Shown: positions 8,176-16,885 of the stretch, piece after piece | How positions within the stretch are numbered: the first letter of the stretch is position 1 | Layout of the letters: each line of letters opens with the position of its first letter | Assembly: GCA_045117995.1 (NCBI GenBank) | Contig: JBGUOH010000003.1 | Coordinates: 216,994-280,993 of the forward strand | Length of the DNA: 64,000 nt | Origin: Bacilli bacterium | GTDB taxonomy: Bacteria > Bacillota_I > Bacilli_A > RFN20 > CAG-826 | Reading direction: 5' to 3' | Program-made: the position numbers and the translations under genes | The notes under the pieces: generated by a model | What the model was told of the DNA's origin: nothing | Databases searched by the model: none | Seen by the model: the letters and a program-made list of their open reading frames with translations, nothing else

Positions 8176-10227
8176 ATGGCAAATTTTGATGCAAAAAATA
8201 TTAGAAACGTTGTTATCCTAGGTCACCAATCAACAGGTAAAACAACTTTAGCGGAATCCTTAGCGTTCATCGCTGGTTTAATTCCTCAAAAAGGTGAAGT
8301 TGAAAAGAAAACCACAATCAGTGACTATACACCTGATGAACAAAAAAGAGGTGGTTCTATTCAAACCGCAATTATCCCATTACAATACAAAGATCATAAA
8401 ATTAACGTGATCGATGTTCCAGGTAACGATGACTTCATCTCTGAATACATTGGTGTCTTAGGCGCAGTTAAAGGTGCGGTCTTAGTGATCGATGCTTCCA
8501 TCGGTGTCCAAGTCGGTACAGTTAAACACTGGAATCAGTTAAGAAAACGCGGCATCCCAACATTCATCTTCATCAACAAAGTTGATAAAGAAAACGTCAG
8601 TTTTGATGAATTATTAGATGAAATCCGTACTAAATTAGGTAAGAACGCTATTCCATTCTGTTACCCATTAGGCCATGGTGAAGGTTTTGATGGCTTCGCT
8701 AATGTCGTTGACTTAAAAGCAAGAAAACTTCATGGCAATAAGTGCCAAGACGAACCAATCCATGACGATAAGAAAGAAAAGATTTTCGAACTTCACAATA
8801 TGATTAGTGAAGAAGTCGCTAAAGCTGATGACGTCTTATTAGAAAAATTCTTCTCCGGCGAAGAATTCACTGTTCAAGAAGTTCATGAATCCTTAAGAAA
8901 ACTCGTTTTAGCTGGTGAATTAGTCCCAGTCTTAGTCGGTAGCGCTACTAAGAACATCGGTGTTGAAACAATGCTCGATATGTTTATTGACTACTTACCA
9001 TGCCCAGCGGACTTAAAACCATATGAAGCAAAAGATGAAAATGGTAATCCAGTCGAACGTGAAACAAAAGATAGTGAACCATTCTCCGCGTACGTCTTCA
9101 AGACCATCGTTGACCCATATTCAGGCACAATTAATATTATTAAAGTTAATTCTGGTGTCTTAAAAGCCGGTGATGAAGTCTATGTTGGCAAAGGCACACA
9201 AAGAATCTCCATGTTATATCAAATGACTGGTAAGAAACTTGATTCCATTCAAGAAGTTCACGCTGGTGATATCGCCGCGATTACAAGACTTGAAGGTGTC
9301 GTTAGTGGTATGACAATGTCTTCTCCAAAATCCATTATCAACTATAAACCAGCCCATTATCCATCCGCCGTTTTATTCAAAGCTATTATCTTAGCGAATA
9401 AGAACGATGAATCTAAGATTGGTCCAGCATTAGCTAAGATCCAAGCGGAAGATCCAGCAGTGGAAGTCAAACGTAATAACGAAACAAAACAATTATTATT
9501 AGGTGGTGTTTCTGATTCTCAACTCAATTACGTCTTAGAAAAATTAAAGAACACTTATAAGATTGACGTCACAACCGAACCAATGAAAGTTGTTTATCGT
9601 GAATCCATTAAGGGTACCGCCGAAGGCGATGGCCGTTATGTTAAACAATCCGGTGGTAGTGGTTTCTATGGCGTTGTTAAGATGAGATTTGAACCAGCTG
9701 AAGAAAACTGCTTCGCAGAAGAAGTCTTCGGTGGTGCCGTTCCAAAGAACTACTTCCCAGCCGTTGAAAAAGGCTTCTTTGAAGCTCTTAACTCTGGCCC
9801 ATTAGCAGGCTTCCCAGTTATCGGTGTTAAAGGCGTTCTCGTCGATGGTAAATATCACCCAGTCGATAGTAACGAACAAGCCTTCAAGATGGCCGGTATC
9901 TTAGCCTTCAAAGATGCATATCCAAAGTGCAAACCAATCATTCTTGAACCAATCATGAGAATTCATGTTATTGCACCAAGTGAATATACCGGTGACGTCA
10001 TGTCTGACTTAAATACCAGACGTGCCCGTATCCAAAACATGGAAGAACACGAAGGTATGCAAGATATCGAAGCGTTAATTCCTGAAGCGGAAATCGTTGA
10101 CTACGTCACACAACTTAAATCCATTACTCAAGCTTCTGGTTACTTCAATAGAGAATTCGTCTCTTACGAAGAAGTTCCAGAATACCTAAAGGAAAAAGTT
10201 ATTAAAGAAAACAAAATCAATCAATAA
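8176..10227 (+). CDS. Elongation factor G paralog (EF-G2-like)
   Basis: GHQSTGKTT, RGGSI, DVPGNDDF, NKVD; domain IV/V motifs YVKQSGG, YHPVDS, ILEPIM. Confidence 0.92.
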   Translation: MANFDAKNIRNVVILGHQSTGKTTLAESLAFIAGLIPQKGEVEKKTTISDYTPDEQKRGGSIQTAIIPLQYKDHKINVIDVPGNDDFISEYIGVLGAVKGAVLVIDASIGVQVGTVKHWNQLRKRGIPTFIFINKVDKENVSFDELLDEIRTKLGKNAIPFCYPLGHGEGFDGFANVVDLKARKLHGNKCQDEPIHDDKKEKIFELHNMISEEVAKADDVLLEKFFSGEEFTVQEVHESLRKLVLAGELVPVLVGSATKNIGVETMLDMFIDYLPCPADLKPYEAKDENGNPVERETKDSEPFSAYVFKTIVDPYSGTINIIKVNSGVLKAGDEVYVGKGTQRISMLYQMTGKKLDSIQEVHAGDIAAITRLEGVVSGMTMSSPKSIINYKPAHYPSAVLFKAIILANKNDESKIGPALAKIQAEDPAVEVKRNNETKQLLLGGVSDSQLNYVLEKLKNTYKIDVTTEPMKVVYRESIKGTAEGDGRYVKQSGGSGFYGVVKMRFEPAEENCFAEEVFGGAVPKNYFPAVEKGFFEALNSGPLAGFPVIGVKGVLVDGKYHPVDSNEQAFKMAGILAFKDAYPKCKPIILEPIMRIHVIAPSEYTGDVMSDLNTRRARIQNMEEHEGMQDIEALIPEAEIVDYVTQLKSITQASGYFNREFVSYEEVPEYLKEKVIKENKINQ

Positions 10228-10301
10228 TCGATTGGTTGACTTGAAGAGGGGGATATCGTTCCCTCTTTTCTTTTACAAAGAAATGTTAGAAAATAGGTAG
10301 T

Positions 10302-11018
10302 ATGAAAATACTATTAACTAATGATGATGGCTATAACGCTCAAGGCATAACCATTTTAAGAGATAAACTATCTAAATATGGTGAAGTAACAATCGTTGCC
10401 CCTTTTGAACATATGTCCGGTAAAAGCGCTTCTATCACATTAGGCGAATGGCTTAAAGTTGATAAGATTGATGATCATACCTATGCAGTTCATGGTACCC
10501 CAACTGATTCCGCGAACTTAGCATTAGGTGGTTTAGATATTGATTTTGATTTAGTGGTATCAGGCTGCAATAGTGGACATAATCTTTCTTATGATGTCTT
10601 TTTAAGTGGCACAATTGGCGCGTGTCTAGGCGCCACTATATTCCGTAAAAAGACGATTGCCTTCTCCGCGCCATTTGATGATTATTCAAACCTCATTGAG
10701 CACTTTGATGAGATTTGGGAGTTCATTAATAAGTATAACCTACTAAGTGAAGAATATTGTTTAAATATAAATATCCCAAGAGGCGAAGTTAAAGGCATCA
10801 AGATTGGTCGCTGCTACTTTAGAAAAGATCACTACTATTTTGATAAGAAAGATGATACTTTCTATCCTTTAAGAGATGTCCAAAGCCATGAAGAGATGCC
10901 AGAGTGGGCGGATTATCGTCAAGTCAAAGAAGGCTATATCTCTATCGTTCCTATTTCCCGTCTTCCATTTAGTGAAGAACAGTATCAAGAAGTCTTAAAG
11001 AAAGTGCAGGGAAAATAA
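10302..11018 (+). CDS. surE: 5'/3'-nucleotidase SurE
   Basis: ILLTNDDG, VAP..HMSGKS, GTPTDS, VVSGCNSGHN, SGTIGA. Confidence 0.93.
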   Translation: MKILLTNDDGYNAQGITILRDKLSKYGEVTIVAPFEHMSGKSASITLGEWLKVDKIDDHTYAVHGTPTDSANLALGGLDIDFDLVVSGCNSGHNLSYDVFLSGTIGACLGATIFRKKTIAFSAPFDDYSNLIEHFDEIWEFINKYNLLSEEYCLNINIPRGEVKGIKIGRCYFRKDHYYFDKKDDTFYPLRDVQSHEEMPEWADYRQVKEGYISIVPISRLPFSEEQYQEVLKKVQGK

Positions 11019-12064
11019 TGCGCTTCGAATTAGATGATAAAGAAACTAAAAAGCTCGTTTCTTTGTTTAATCAACACGAAAAGAATATTGACTATATGCT
11101 CTATTTAAGAGATATGGTATGGAATAACAACGGAATTAATCCATCTTTGTTTGAAAATAAGAACACATTTGAAAAACGTTCTTCTTTTATTGATGAATTA
11201 TTAAAAAATAAGCCATGTGAAAGTGAATTTGCTAAGAAAAGTATTAGATGGGACACTAATCTTATTGATATCGATGAATTTCTTAATAATCCGTATTTAA
11301 AAGTTTTAAATAATCTCACATTTAAAGATAATGATTGGTCACTTAGTTATAAAACATTAAAGGCTTATTCTTTATTCCCTTATGAAGAAGAATATCACTT
11401 TGGTGGTGACGCAATTCTTAAAATGTCTTTAGGATTCTTTGATAAGGATTATACTTATCCCACAATTAGTTTATATGATAACGAATGGATGAGCTTAAAT
11501 CCTTTTGAAATTAGAACCATGCAAATGCCTTTGCAAGTTGCTAAAGGCAAGGTTTTAACTCTTGGTTTAGGTTTAGGCTATTTTGCCTTTATGGCGCACC
11601 TCAAAGAAGATGTTAAGGAAGTCCATATTGTAGAAATGGATGTCGAACTCATTAAAGCGTTTAATAAGTATCTATTACCTTTATTCCCACATCCAGAAAA
11701 GATTCATATCCATAAAGCGGATGCCTTCTATTTTATAAAGGATATCAAAGATAAAGATTACGACTTCATCTTTTCAGATTTATGGCATGACGCTAGTGAT
11801 GGCTTGCCAATGTATATCAAATTAAAGAAATACTTTGACACTTTTAAAGTCACTAAAAGAATGTACTGGATTGAAGGATCCATCGTCACATATCTACGCA
11901 CACTTGTTATAGGCATGATGAAGGACGAATATTATCATCTTGAAAACGAATACGATGAAATCCAATTAACTATTAAAAACAGTCTAAAAAACTTAGTTTT
12001 ACATAATAGTTATGAACTTGATGCCTTACTAAGTATACAAGGAATAAAAAGTTTAGGAAATTAA
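11018..12064 (+). CDS. Class I SAM-dependent methyltransferase-like protein
   Basis: VLTLGLGLGYF motif I, IVEMD, DAF, YDFIFSDLWHD; start overlaps surE stop. Confidence 0.7.
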   Translation: MRFELDDKETKKLVSLFNQHEKNIDYMLYLRDMVWNNNGINPSLFENKNTFEKRSSFIDELLKNKPCESEFAKKSIRWDTNLIDIDEFLNNPYLKVLNNLTFKDNDWSLSYKTLKAYSLFPYEEEYHFGGDAILKMSLGFFDKDYTYPTISLYDNEWMSLNPFEIRTMQMPLQVAKGKVLTLGLGLGYFAFMAHLKEDVKEVHIVEMDVELIKAFNKYLLPLFPHPEKIHIHKADAFYFIKDIKDKDYDFIFSDLWHDASDGLPMYIKLKKYFDTFKVTKRMYWIEGSIVTYLRTLVIGMMKDEYYHLENEYDEIQLTIKNSLKNLVLHNSYELDALLSIQGIKSLGN

Positions 12065-12214
12065 ACGGGAATCCTCGGTTGTTCAACTGCCGAGATGAAA
12101 GTGTTTAAAAGAGTCATTATCACTTACTATATGCAAGGCAAATAATAAGATAGATAATATAAATATTATGTGGAATAATCTACATATTTTTGCTATACTA
12201 TATGTAGGAAAACT

Positions 12215-12619
12215 ATGGAAGAATTAAGACACAATAGAACATGTGTTTTTAACATTAATTATCATATTGTTTGGTCTACTAAATATAGGAGAAAGGTTTT
12301 AACTCCTAATATCGAAAATAGGCTTAAAGAAATATTGATTAATGTTGGAAAGAAAAAGGGCTTTGAAATCGCGGAAATAGAAGTAGGCACAAAAGACCAT
12401 GTCCATGTGTTTGTTTCAGCCATCCCTAAGATATCAATTTCTTACATCGCCAAGATGATGAAAGGAATATCAGGAAGATTGTTATTAAAGGAGTTCCCAG
12501 AAATAACTAAACTGTTATGGAATGGTGAACTATGGAATCCTTCTTATTATGTGGAGACAATTGGGTCTGTTTCTGAAGAAGCGATTAAAAGATATATTCA
12601 AAATCAAGAAAAGGAATAA
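12215..12619 (+). CDS. tnpA: IS200/IS605 Y1 (HUH) transposase
   Basis: YHIVWSTKYRR, DHVH (HUH), LWNPSYYV, YIQNQ catalytic Tyr. Confidence 0.96.
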   Translation: MEELRHNRTCVFNINYHIVWSTKYRRKVLTPNIENRLKEILINVGKKKGFEIAEIEVGTKDHVHVFVSAIPKISISYIAKMMKGISGRLLLKEFPEITKLLWNGELWNPSYYVETIGSVSEEAIKRYIQNQEKE

Positions 12620-12621
12620 AA

Positions 12622-14067
12622 ATGTTACTTACTTACCAATTTGAAATTAAAGTTAATAACAAACTAGGGATTATTCTAGGCCATTTAACATACGCTGCTT
12701 CTAAGCTGTTCAATATTGGTAATTATGAAAGAAAAGAATATCAATCCCTTGGCTTTGATACGATGCCAAATTGGTATGATCAAAAGAAAAGATTAAAAGA
12801 CGATATTTGGTATAAATCATTGCCTTCTCAAACTAGTCAAGAAATATTGGCTATCTTAGATCGTTCATGGAAGTCATACTTAACGCTCCGCAACAAATGG
12901 GAGAAGAAAAATAAAGACGTTCCTATGAAAGATAGCAAAAACGAGCCACAATCGCCTTACTATAAGAAAGATGGTTACCATATGAACATTAACTATCTAT
13001 CAAATGGTTTCAAAGTTATTGATGATAAGATTCGTTTTTCTATTCCTAAAAAGCTCAAAGAACACCTTAATGATAAATATCAAATCAATGATAACTTCTT
13101 CTACATCAAGTTAAAAAGACACTTTGATGATATTAAACAAATTGAGTTTTCATACCTCGATAAAGATAGATACAAAGTCTATGTGATATATGAAAAAGAT
13201 ATTAAAAAACAAGTCGAAGATAATAAGCATTATATAAGCATTGATATTGGAGTTAAAAACCTGCTTTCAGTTTATGACAATAACGGTTCTTCTTTTATTG
13301 TCTCGGGTCATTCTCTTTTAAACACCAATTACTATTTCTCAAAAAAGATTGCTTATTATCAATCACTTTTTGATAAATGCTATCCCGCTCATAAGAAAGG
13401 AGAGGTAACGAAGAGAGTTAAGCATTTATATGACATGAAGAATAAAAGGATTAAGTTGGCTTTACATAGAGCCACAAGAACAATTGTTGATTATTGTTTA
13501 TCTCATGATGTCTCCAAAGTTATAATCGGTGATTTAACAGGATTATTAGAAACAAATAAGGAGTTTACTAACAACAAAGAAAAACACCGCTTTAACCAGA
13601 ATGTCAGGGCTATCAACTTTTCAAAGATTTATAGACTACTAGATTATAAGTTAAAACTAGTTGGCATTGAATTAATTAAAGTCAATGAAGCTTATTCATC
13701 TTCTTGTTCCCCTAATAGTCTTAATGTTTGCAAAGAATTCGCGAATAAAAGCAATAGGGTTTATAGAGGTTTATTTAAAGAATATAGCAACGTTTATAAC
13801 GCTGATATAGTTGGTGCTTATAACATTATGAGGATCTATAGGCAAAATAATAATGATAATTTCTTAATGCCTAAAGTAGGATTATCTAATCCTTCTAAAA
13901 AATATATTCCTGTCACAGACCAGTTCTTGAATGAAGATTGTGTTAATTGGAATGGCAAGGCTGGTAATGTAGGGATATCGGGTAGGAACTACCCAACAGG
14001 AGATGAATTGATCGCGTTAATAAATCAATTCATGACCAAGATGCTCGGTAATTCAATTGCCGAGTAA
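12622..14067 (+). CDS. tnpB: TnpB RNA-guided endonuclease family
   Basis: RuvC-I SIDIGV, RuvC-II region IIGDL, RuvC-III NADIVGAYNI; degenerate Zn finger; follows tnpA. Confidence 0.92.
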   Translation: MLLTYQFEIKVNNKLGIILGHLTYAASKLFNIGNYERKEYQSLGFDTMPNWYDQKKRLKDDIWYKSLPSQTSQEILAILDRSWKSYLTLRNKWEKKNKDVPMKDSKNEPQSPYYKKDGYHMNINYLSNGFKVIDDKIRFSIPKKLKEHLNDKYQINDNFFYIKLKRHFDDIKQIEFSYLDKDRYKVYVIYEKDIKKQVEDNKHYISIDIGVKNLLSVYDNNGSSFIVSGHSLLNTNYYFSKKIAYYQSLFDKCYPAHKKGEVTKRVKHLYDMKNKRIKLALHRATRTIVDYCLSHDVSKVIIGDLTGLLETNKEFTNNKEKHRFNQNVRAINFSKIYRLLDYKLKLVGIELIKVNEAYSSSCSPNSLNVCKEFANKSNRVYRGLFKEYSNVYNADIVGAYNIMRIYRQNNNDNFLMPKVGLSNPSKKYIPVTDQFLNEDCVNWNGKAGNVGISGRNYPTGDELIALINQFMTKMLGNSIAE

Positions 14068-14098
14068 GTTCACCTCTACTCGCGATTTGCCTCTTTCT

Positions 14099-14290
14099 AT
14101 GCCTTTTATTAAAACTGGTATAAAAAAGAACCCTCCACAACTAATTGCCTAAAGTGTTTGTGAGGATTCGTTCTTCGGCTGTATTATAACATATTTGCTT
14201 GAATAAACAATAATGCCTGCTATTAAAGTTTGTATAAAAAAAGAGTCTCTCTCAACTATATCGCATTAAGTGTTGTGAGGCTCCGTTTTT
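14099..14290 (-). repeat. Two diverged ~75-bp tandem units (period 114), each a hairpin plus U-tract on the minus strand; candidate sRNAs
   Basis: AACGAATCCTCACAAACACTTTAGGCAATTAGTTGTGGAGGGTTCTTTTTT versus AACGGAGCCTCACAACACTTAATGCGATATAGTTGAGAGAGACTCTTTTTTT. Confidence 0.65.
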
Positions 14291-14445
14291 ATTCTATATG
14301 GACTACTCTTCTAAATCAATAATCGGAACAATATATAATCCTTATATTTGTTAGCAATAACTAACTCATATAAAAAATAATTAACGTATTATTTGTGTAA
14401 ATAATAAGGTGGTGTATAATAATTCCGGAAAGAAGAGGTATTTAT

Positions 14446-15420
14446 ATGCCATTAGTTAACTCTAAAGAAATGTTTGAAAAAGCCTATAACGGCGGTTACG
14501 CAATTGGTGCTTTCAACTGCAATAACATGGAAATCGTCCAAGCTATTACAGAAGCTGCCAAAGAATGCAATTCTCCAGTCATTCTCCAAGTTTCCGCAGG
14601 CGCTAGAAAATATGCCAAACCAGTCTACTTAAAGAAGATGGTTGAAGCTGCTGTCGAAGACACCAACTTACCAATCGTTCTCCACTTAGACCACGGCGCA
14701 GATTTCGAAATCTGTAAAGATTGTATCGACGGTGGTTTCACATCAGTCATGATCGACTGCTCCAGCAAACCATTCGAAGAAAACATTGCTATCACAAAGA
14801 AAGTTTGTGAATACGCTCACGCTCACGTTCCATACGTTACCGTTGAAGCTGAATTAGGTACATTAGCCGGTATCGAAGATGAAGTTAAAGTTGAACACGG
14901 TGCAGAATCCTACACCAGACCAGAAGACGTCGAAGAATTCGTTCGTAGAACTGGTTGTGACTCCTTAGCTATTGCTATCGGTACATCCCATGGTGCTTAT
15001 AAGTTCAAACCAGAACAATGCACAAGAGATCCAGAAACAGGTGTCTTATTACCACCTCCATTAAGATTCGACATCTTAGAAGAAGTGAGCAAACGTTTAC
15101 CAGGTTTCCCAATCGTCTTACACGGTTCCTCCTCCGTTAACCAAGAATTCGTTAAGATTATTAACGATAACGGTGGTGCCTTAAAAGACGCAGTTGGTGT
15201 CCCAGAAGCTCAATTAAGACAAGCTGCTAGATTAGCCGTTTGTAAGATCAATATCGACAGCGACCTCCGCTTAGCGATGACTGCTGGTATTAGAGAACAC
15301 ATGAGAGCCCATCCAGATCACTTCGACCCACGTCAATATGTCGGTGATGGCCGTGCTTATGTCAAACAATTAGTCAAACACAAAATCACAGATGTGTTAG
15401 GCTCAAACGACAAACTTTAA
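14446..15420 (+). CDS. fba: Class II fructose-1,6-bisphosphate aldolase
   Basis: GAFN, HLDHG, VEAELG, IGTSHGAYK, VLHGSS, KINIDSD. Confidence 0.96.
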   Translation: MPLVNSKEMFEKAYNGGYAIGAFNCNNMEIVQAITEAAKECNSPVILQVSAGARKYAKPVYLKKMVEAAVEDTNLPIVLHLDHGADFEICKDCIDGGFTSVMIDCSSKPFEENIAITKKVCEYAHAHVPYVTVEAELGTLAGIEDEVKVEHGAESYTRPEDVEEFVRRTGCDSLAIAIGTSHGAYKFKPEQCTRDPETGVLLPPPLRFDILEEVSKRLPGFPIVLHGSSSVNQEFVKIINDNGGALKDAVGVPEAQLRQAARLAVCKINIDSDLRLAMTAGIREHMRAHPDHFDPRQYVGDGRAYVKQLVKHKITDVLGSNDKL

Positions 15421-15443
15421 TCTAAAGCTTAATTAGATAAAAC

Positions 15444-15470
15444 AAAAGGAGCGAATCAATCGCTCCTTTT
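15444..15470. terminator. Bidirectional terminator between fba and mscL
   Basis: AAAAGGAGCGA-ATCAA-TCGCTCCTTTT. Confidence 0.85.
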
Positions 15471-15490
15471 AAATTCTATTTAAATCGAAC

Positions 15491-16141
15491 TTATTTCTTC
15501 TTTGCTTCTAAAGATTCAGCAATACGTTTGAGATAATCGATTTCGGTTGGTTCTGGTTTGCCTGGTTCTGGTGGAACTGGTCTTTCTTCTGGATGCTTTT
15601 CGTAGTAAGCTTCTTGAGCCTTAGCTCTGAGTTCGTCTCTCTTTCTTGCAGCGGCATTCATCACTTTGACGATGATAAATAAAACGATTGCAATGATGAT
15701 GAAGGAGATAACTGCATTAATTAATGCGCCCCAGTTAATGATAGCGGAACCATTGAAATAGAAGTTTGTGCCATATTTGGTGTAGTTAGGACCGAGAACT
15801 GTCGCACCATATAATAAAGCTTGACCTTCGTCGGCGATACCTGCGGCCTCACCGATTGATTTAGCGACAGCATTGTAATCAGCAGCAGCGAATTTTTGTC
15901 CGACACCCGCTAAGCCTTTTTGACCTTCTGTGAGAGCTGGCAAAACAGTAACTAAACCTGATAAGCCACCTGGGACTGGCCATGTCGCTAAGGACATTAA
16001 CATGTTAACAAATGCGTTGACGATAGCACCAAATGCGCCACCAATGACAACACCAACTGCTAACATGAAGGCATTGCCACGATTGATGAATTCTTTAAAT
16101 TCAGCCCAAAGACCTGGACCTTTCTTAGCTTTTTTAGCCAT
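15491..16141 (-). CDS. mscL: Large-conductance mechanosensitive channel, with long loop insertion
   Basis: EFKEFINRGNAFMLAVGVVIGGAFGAIV; WGALINAVISFIIIA; C-terminal LKRIAESL. Confidence 0.88.
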   Translation of the reverse strand: MAKKAKKGPGLWAEFKEFINRGNAFMLAVGVVIGGAFGAIVNAFVNMLMSLATWPVPGGLSGLVTVLPALTEGQKGLAGVGQKFAAADYNAVAKSIGEAAGIADEGQALLYGATVLGPNYTKYGTNFYFNGSAIINWGALINAVISFIIIAIVLFIIVKVMNAAARKRDELRAKAQEAYYEKHPEERPVPPEPGKPEPTEIDYLKRIAESLEAKKK

Positions 16142-16255
16142 AAATTATGTTCTTCCTTTCGAGATATTTTTATGGTAGTCCATTTTTATTTAAAATGCAA
16201 TTTATCAAGATATGCAAATAGAAAAATATAATATACTATTGGTGAGGAAAATATT

Positions 16256-16885
16256 ATGAGTGAATTAATCTATTTAGGCCATGCCTCCTTTCTTATTAAA
16301 GGAAAAGAATATCAAATCGTCATCGATCCATATGAAAATGGTAGTGTACCTAATCTCAAGTTTCCTAAAGTAGAGCCAGTAGACGCTGTGATAGCCTCGC
16401 ACAGTCATGCTGATCATAGTGCATATCATTTAGTGAAAGTTAAAGATAATCCCGCTAGAGTGATGGCTAAAATGTTAAGAGTGCCTCATGATCATGAGAA
16501 TGGTATGAAAAGGGGTATGAATCTCATCCACATATTTGATGTAGATGGTTATAAAGTTGTCCATATGGGCGATACAGGATGTGTTTTAAATGAGAATGTT
16601 TTAGAACCTATTAAGAACGCCGATGTCTTATTAGCGCCTATTAATGGCTTCTATACCATTAGTCCTCAAGAATTAAAACAAATCGTTGAAATGGTTAAGC
16701 CAAGAATAGTGGTGCCAATGCATTACCATATGAAGGAATATAACAGTGGTTATCCAGATGGCGGCATGATTGAAGAATTTAAAAAACTCTTCCCTGATTA
16801 CCAATTCATTGAAGGAGAAGAGTTAGATTTAGATAAATATAAAGATTATAAAGGCGCTTTAATTTTCAAAGGTTATCGTCAATAA
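16256..16885 (+). CDS. MBL-fold metallo-hydrolase
   Basis: LGHASF, IDPY, SHSHADH, HMGD, PMHY. Confidence 0.9.
   Translation: MSELIYLGHASFLIKGKEYQIVIDPYENGSVPNLKFPKVEPVDAVIASHSHADHSAYHLVKVKDNPARVMAKMLRVPHDHENGMKRGMNLIHIFDVDGYKVVHMGDTGCVLNENVLEPIKNADVLLAPINGFYTISPQELKQIVEMVKPRIVVPMHYHMKEYNSGYPDGGMIEEFKKLFPDYQFIEGEELDLDKYKDYKGALIFKGYRQ

Larger units (their letters stand above)
12057..14073 (+). mobile_element. IS200/IS605 family element (tnpA + tnpB)
   Basis: Left hairpin CTCGGTTGTTCAACTGCCGAG 12074-12094; right hairpin CTCGGTAATTCAATTGCCGAG 14044-14064; target TTAG 12053-12056; right end TCAC 14070-14073. Confidence 0.88.

Noticed and set aside
14099..14290. CRISPR mini-array beside TnpB (Cas12-like precursor)
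   Set aside because: Only two long diverged units, outside the IS end, and the intervening sequence is a promoter rather than a spacer; kept as an sRNA candidate
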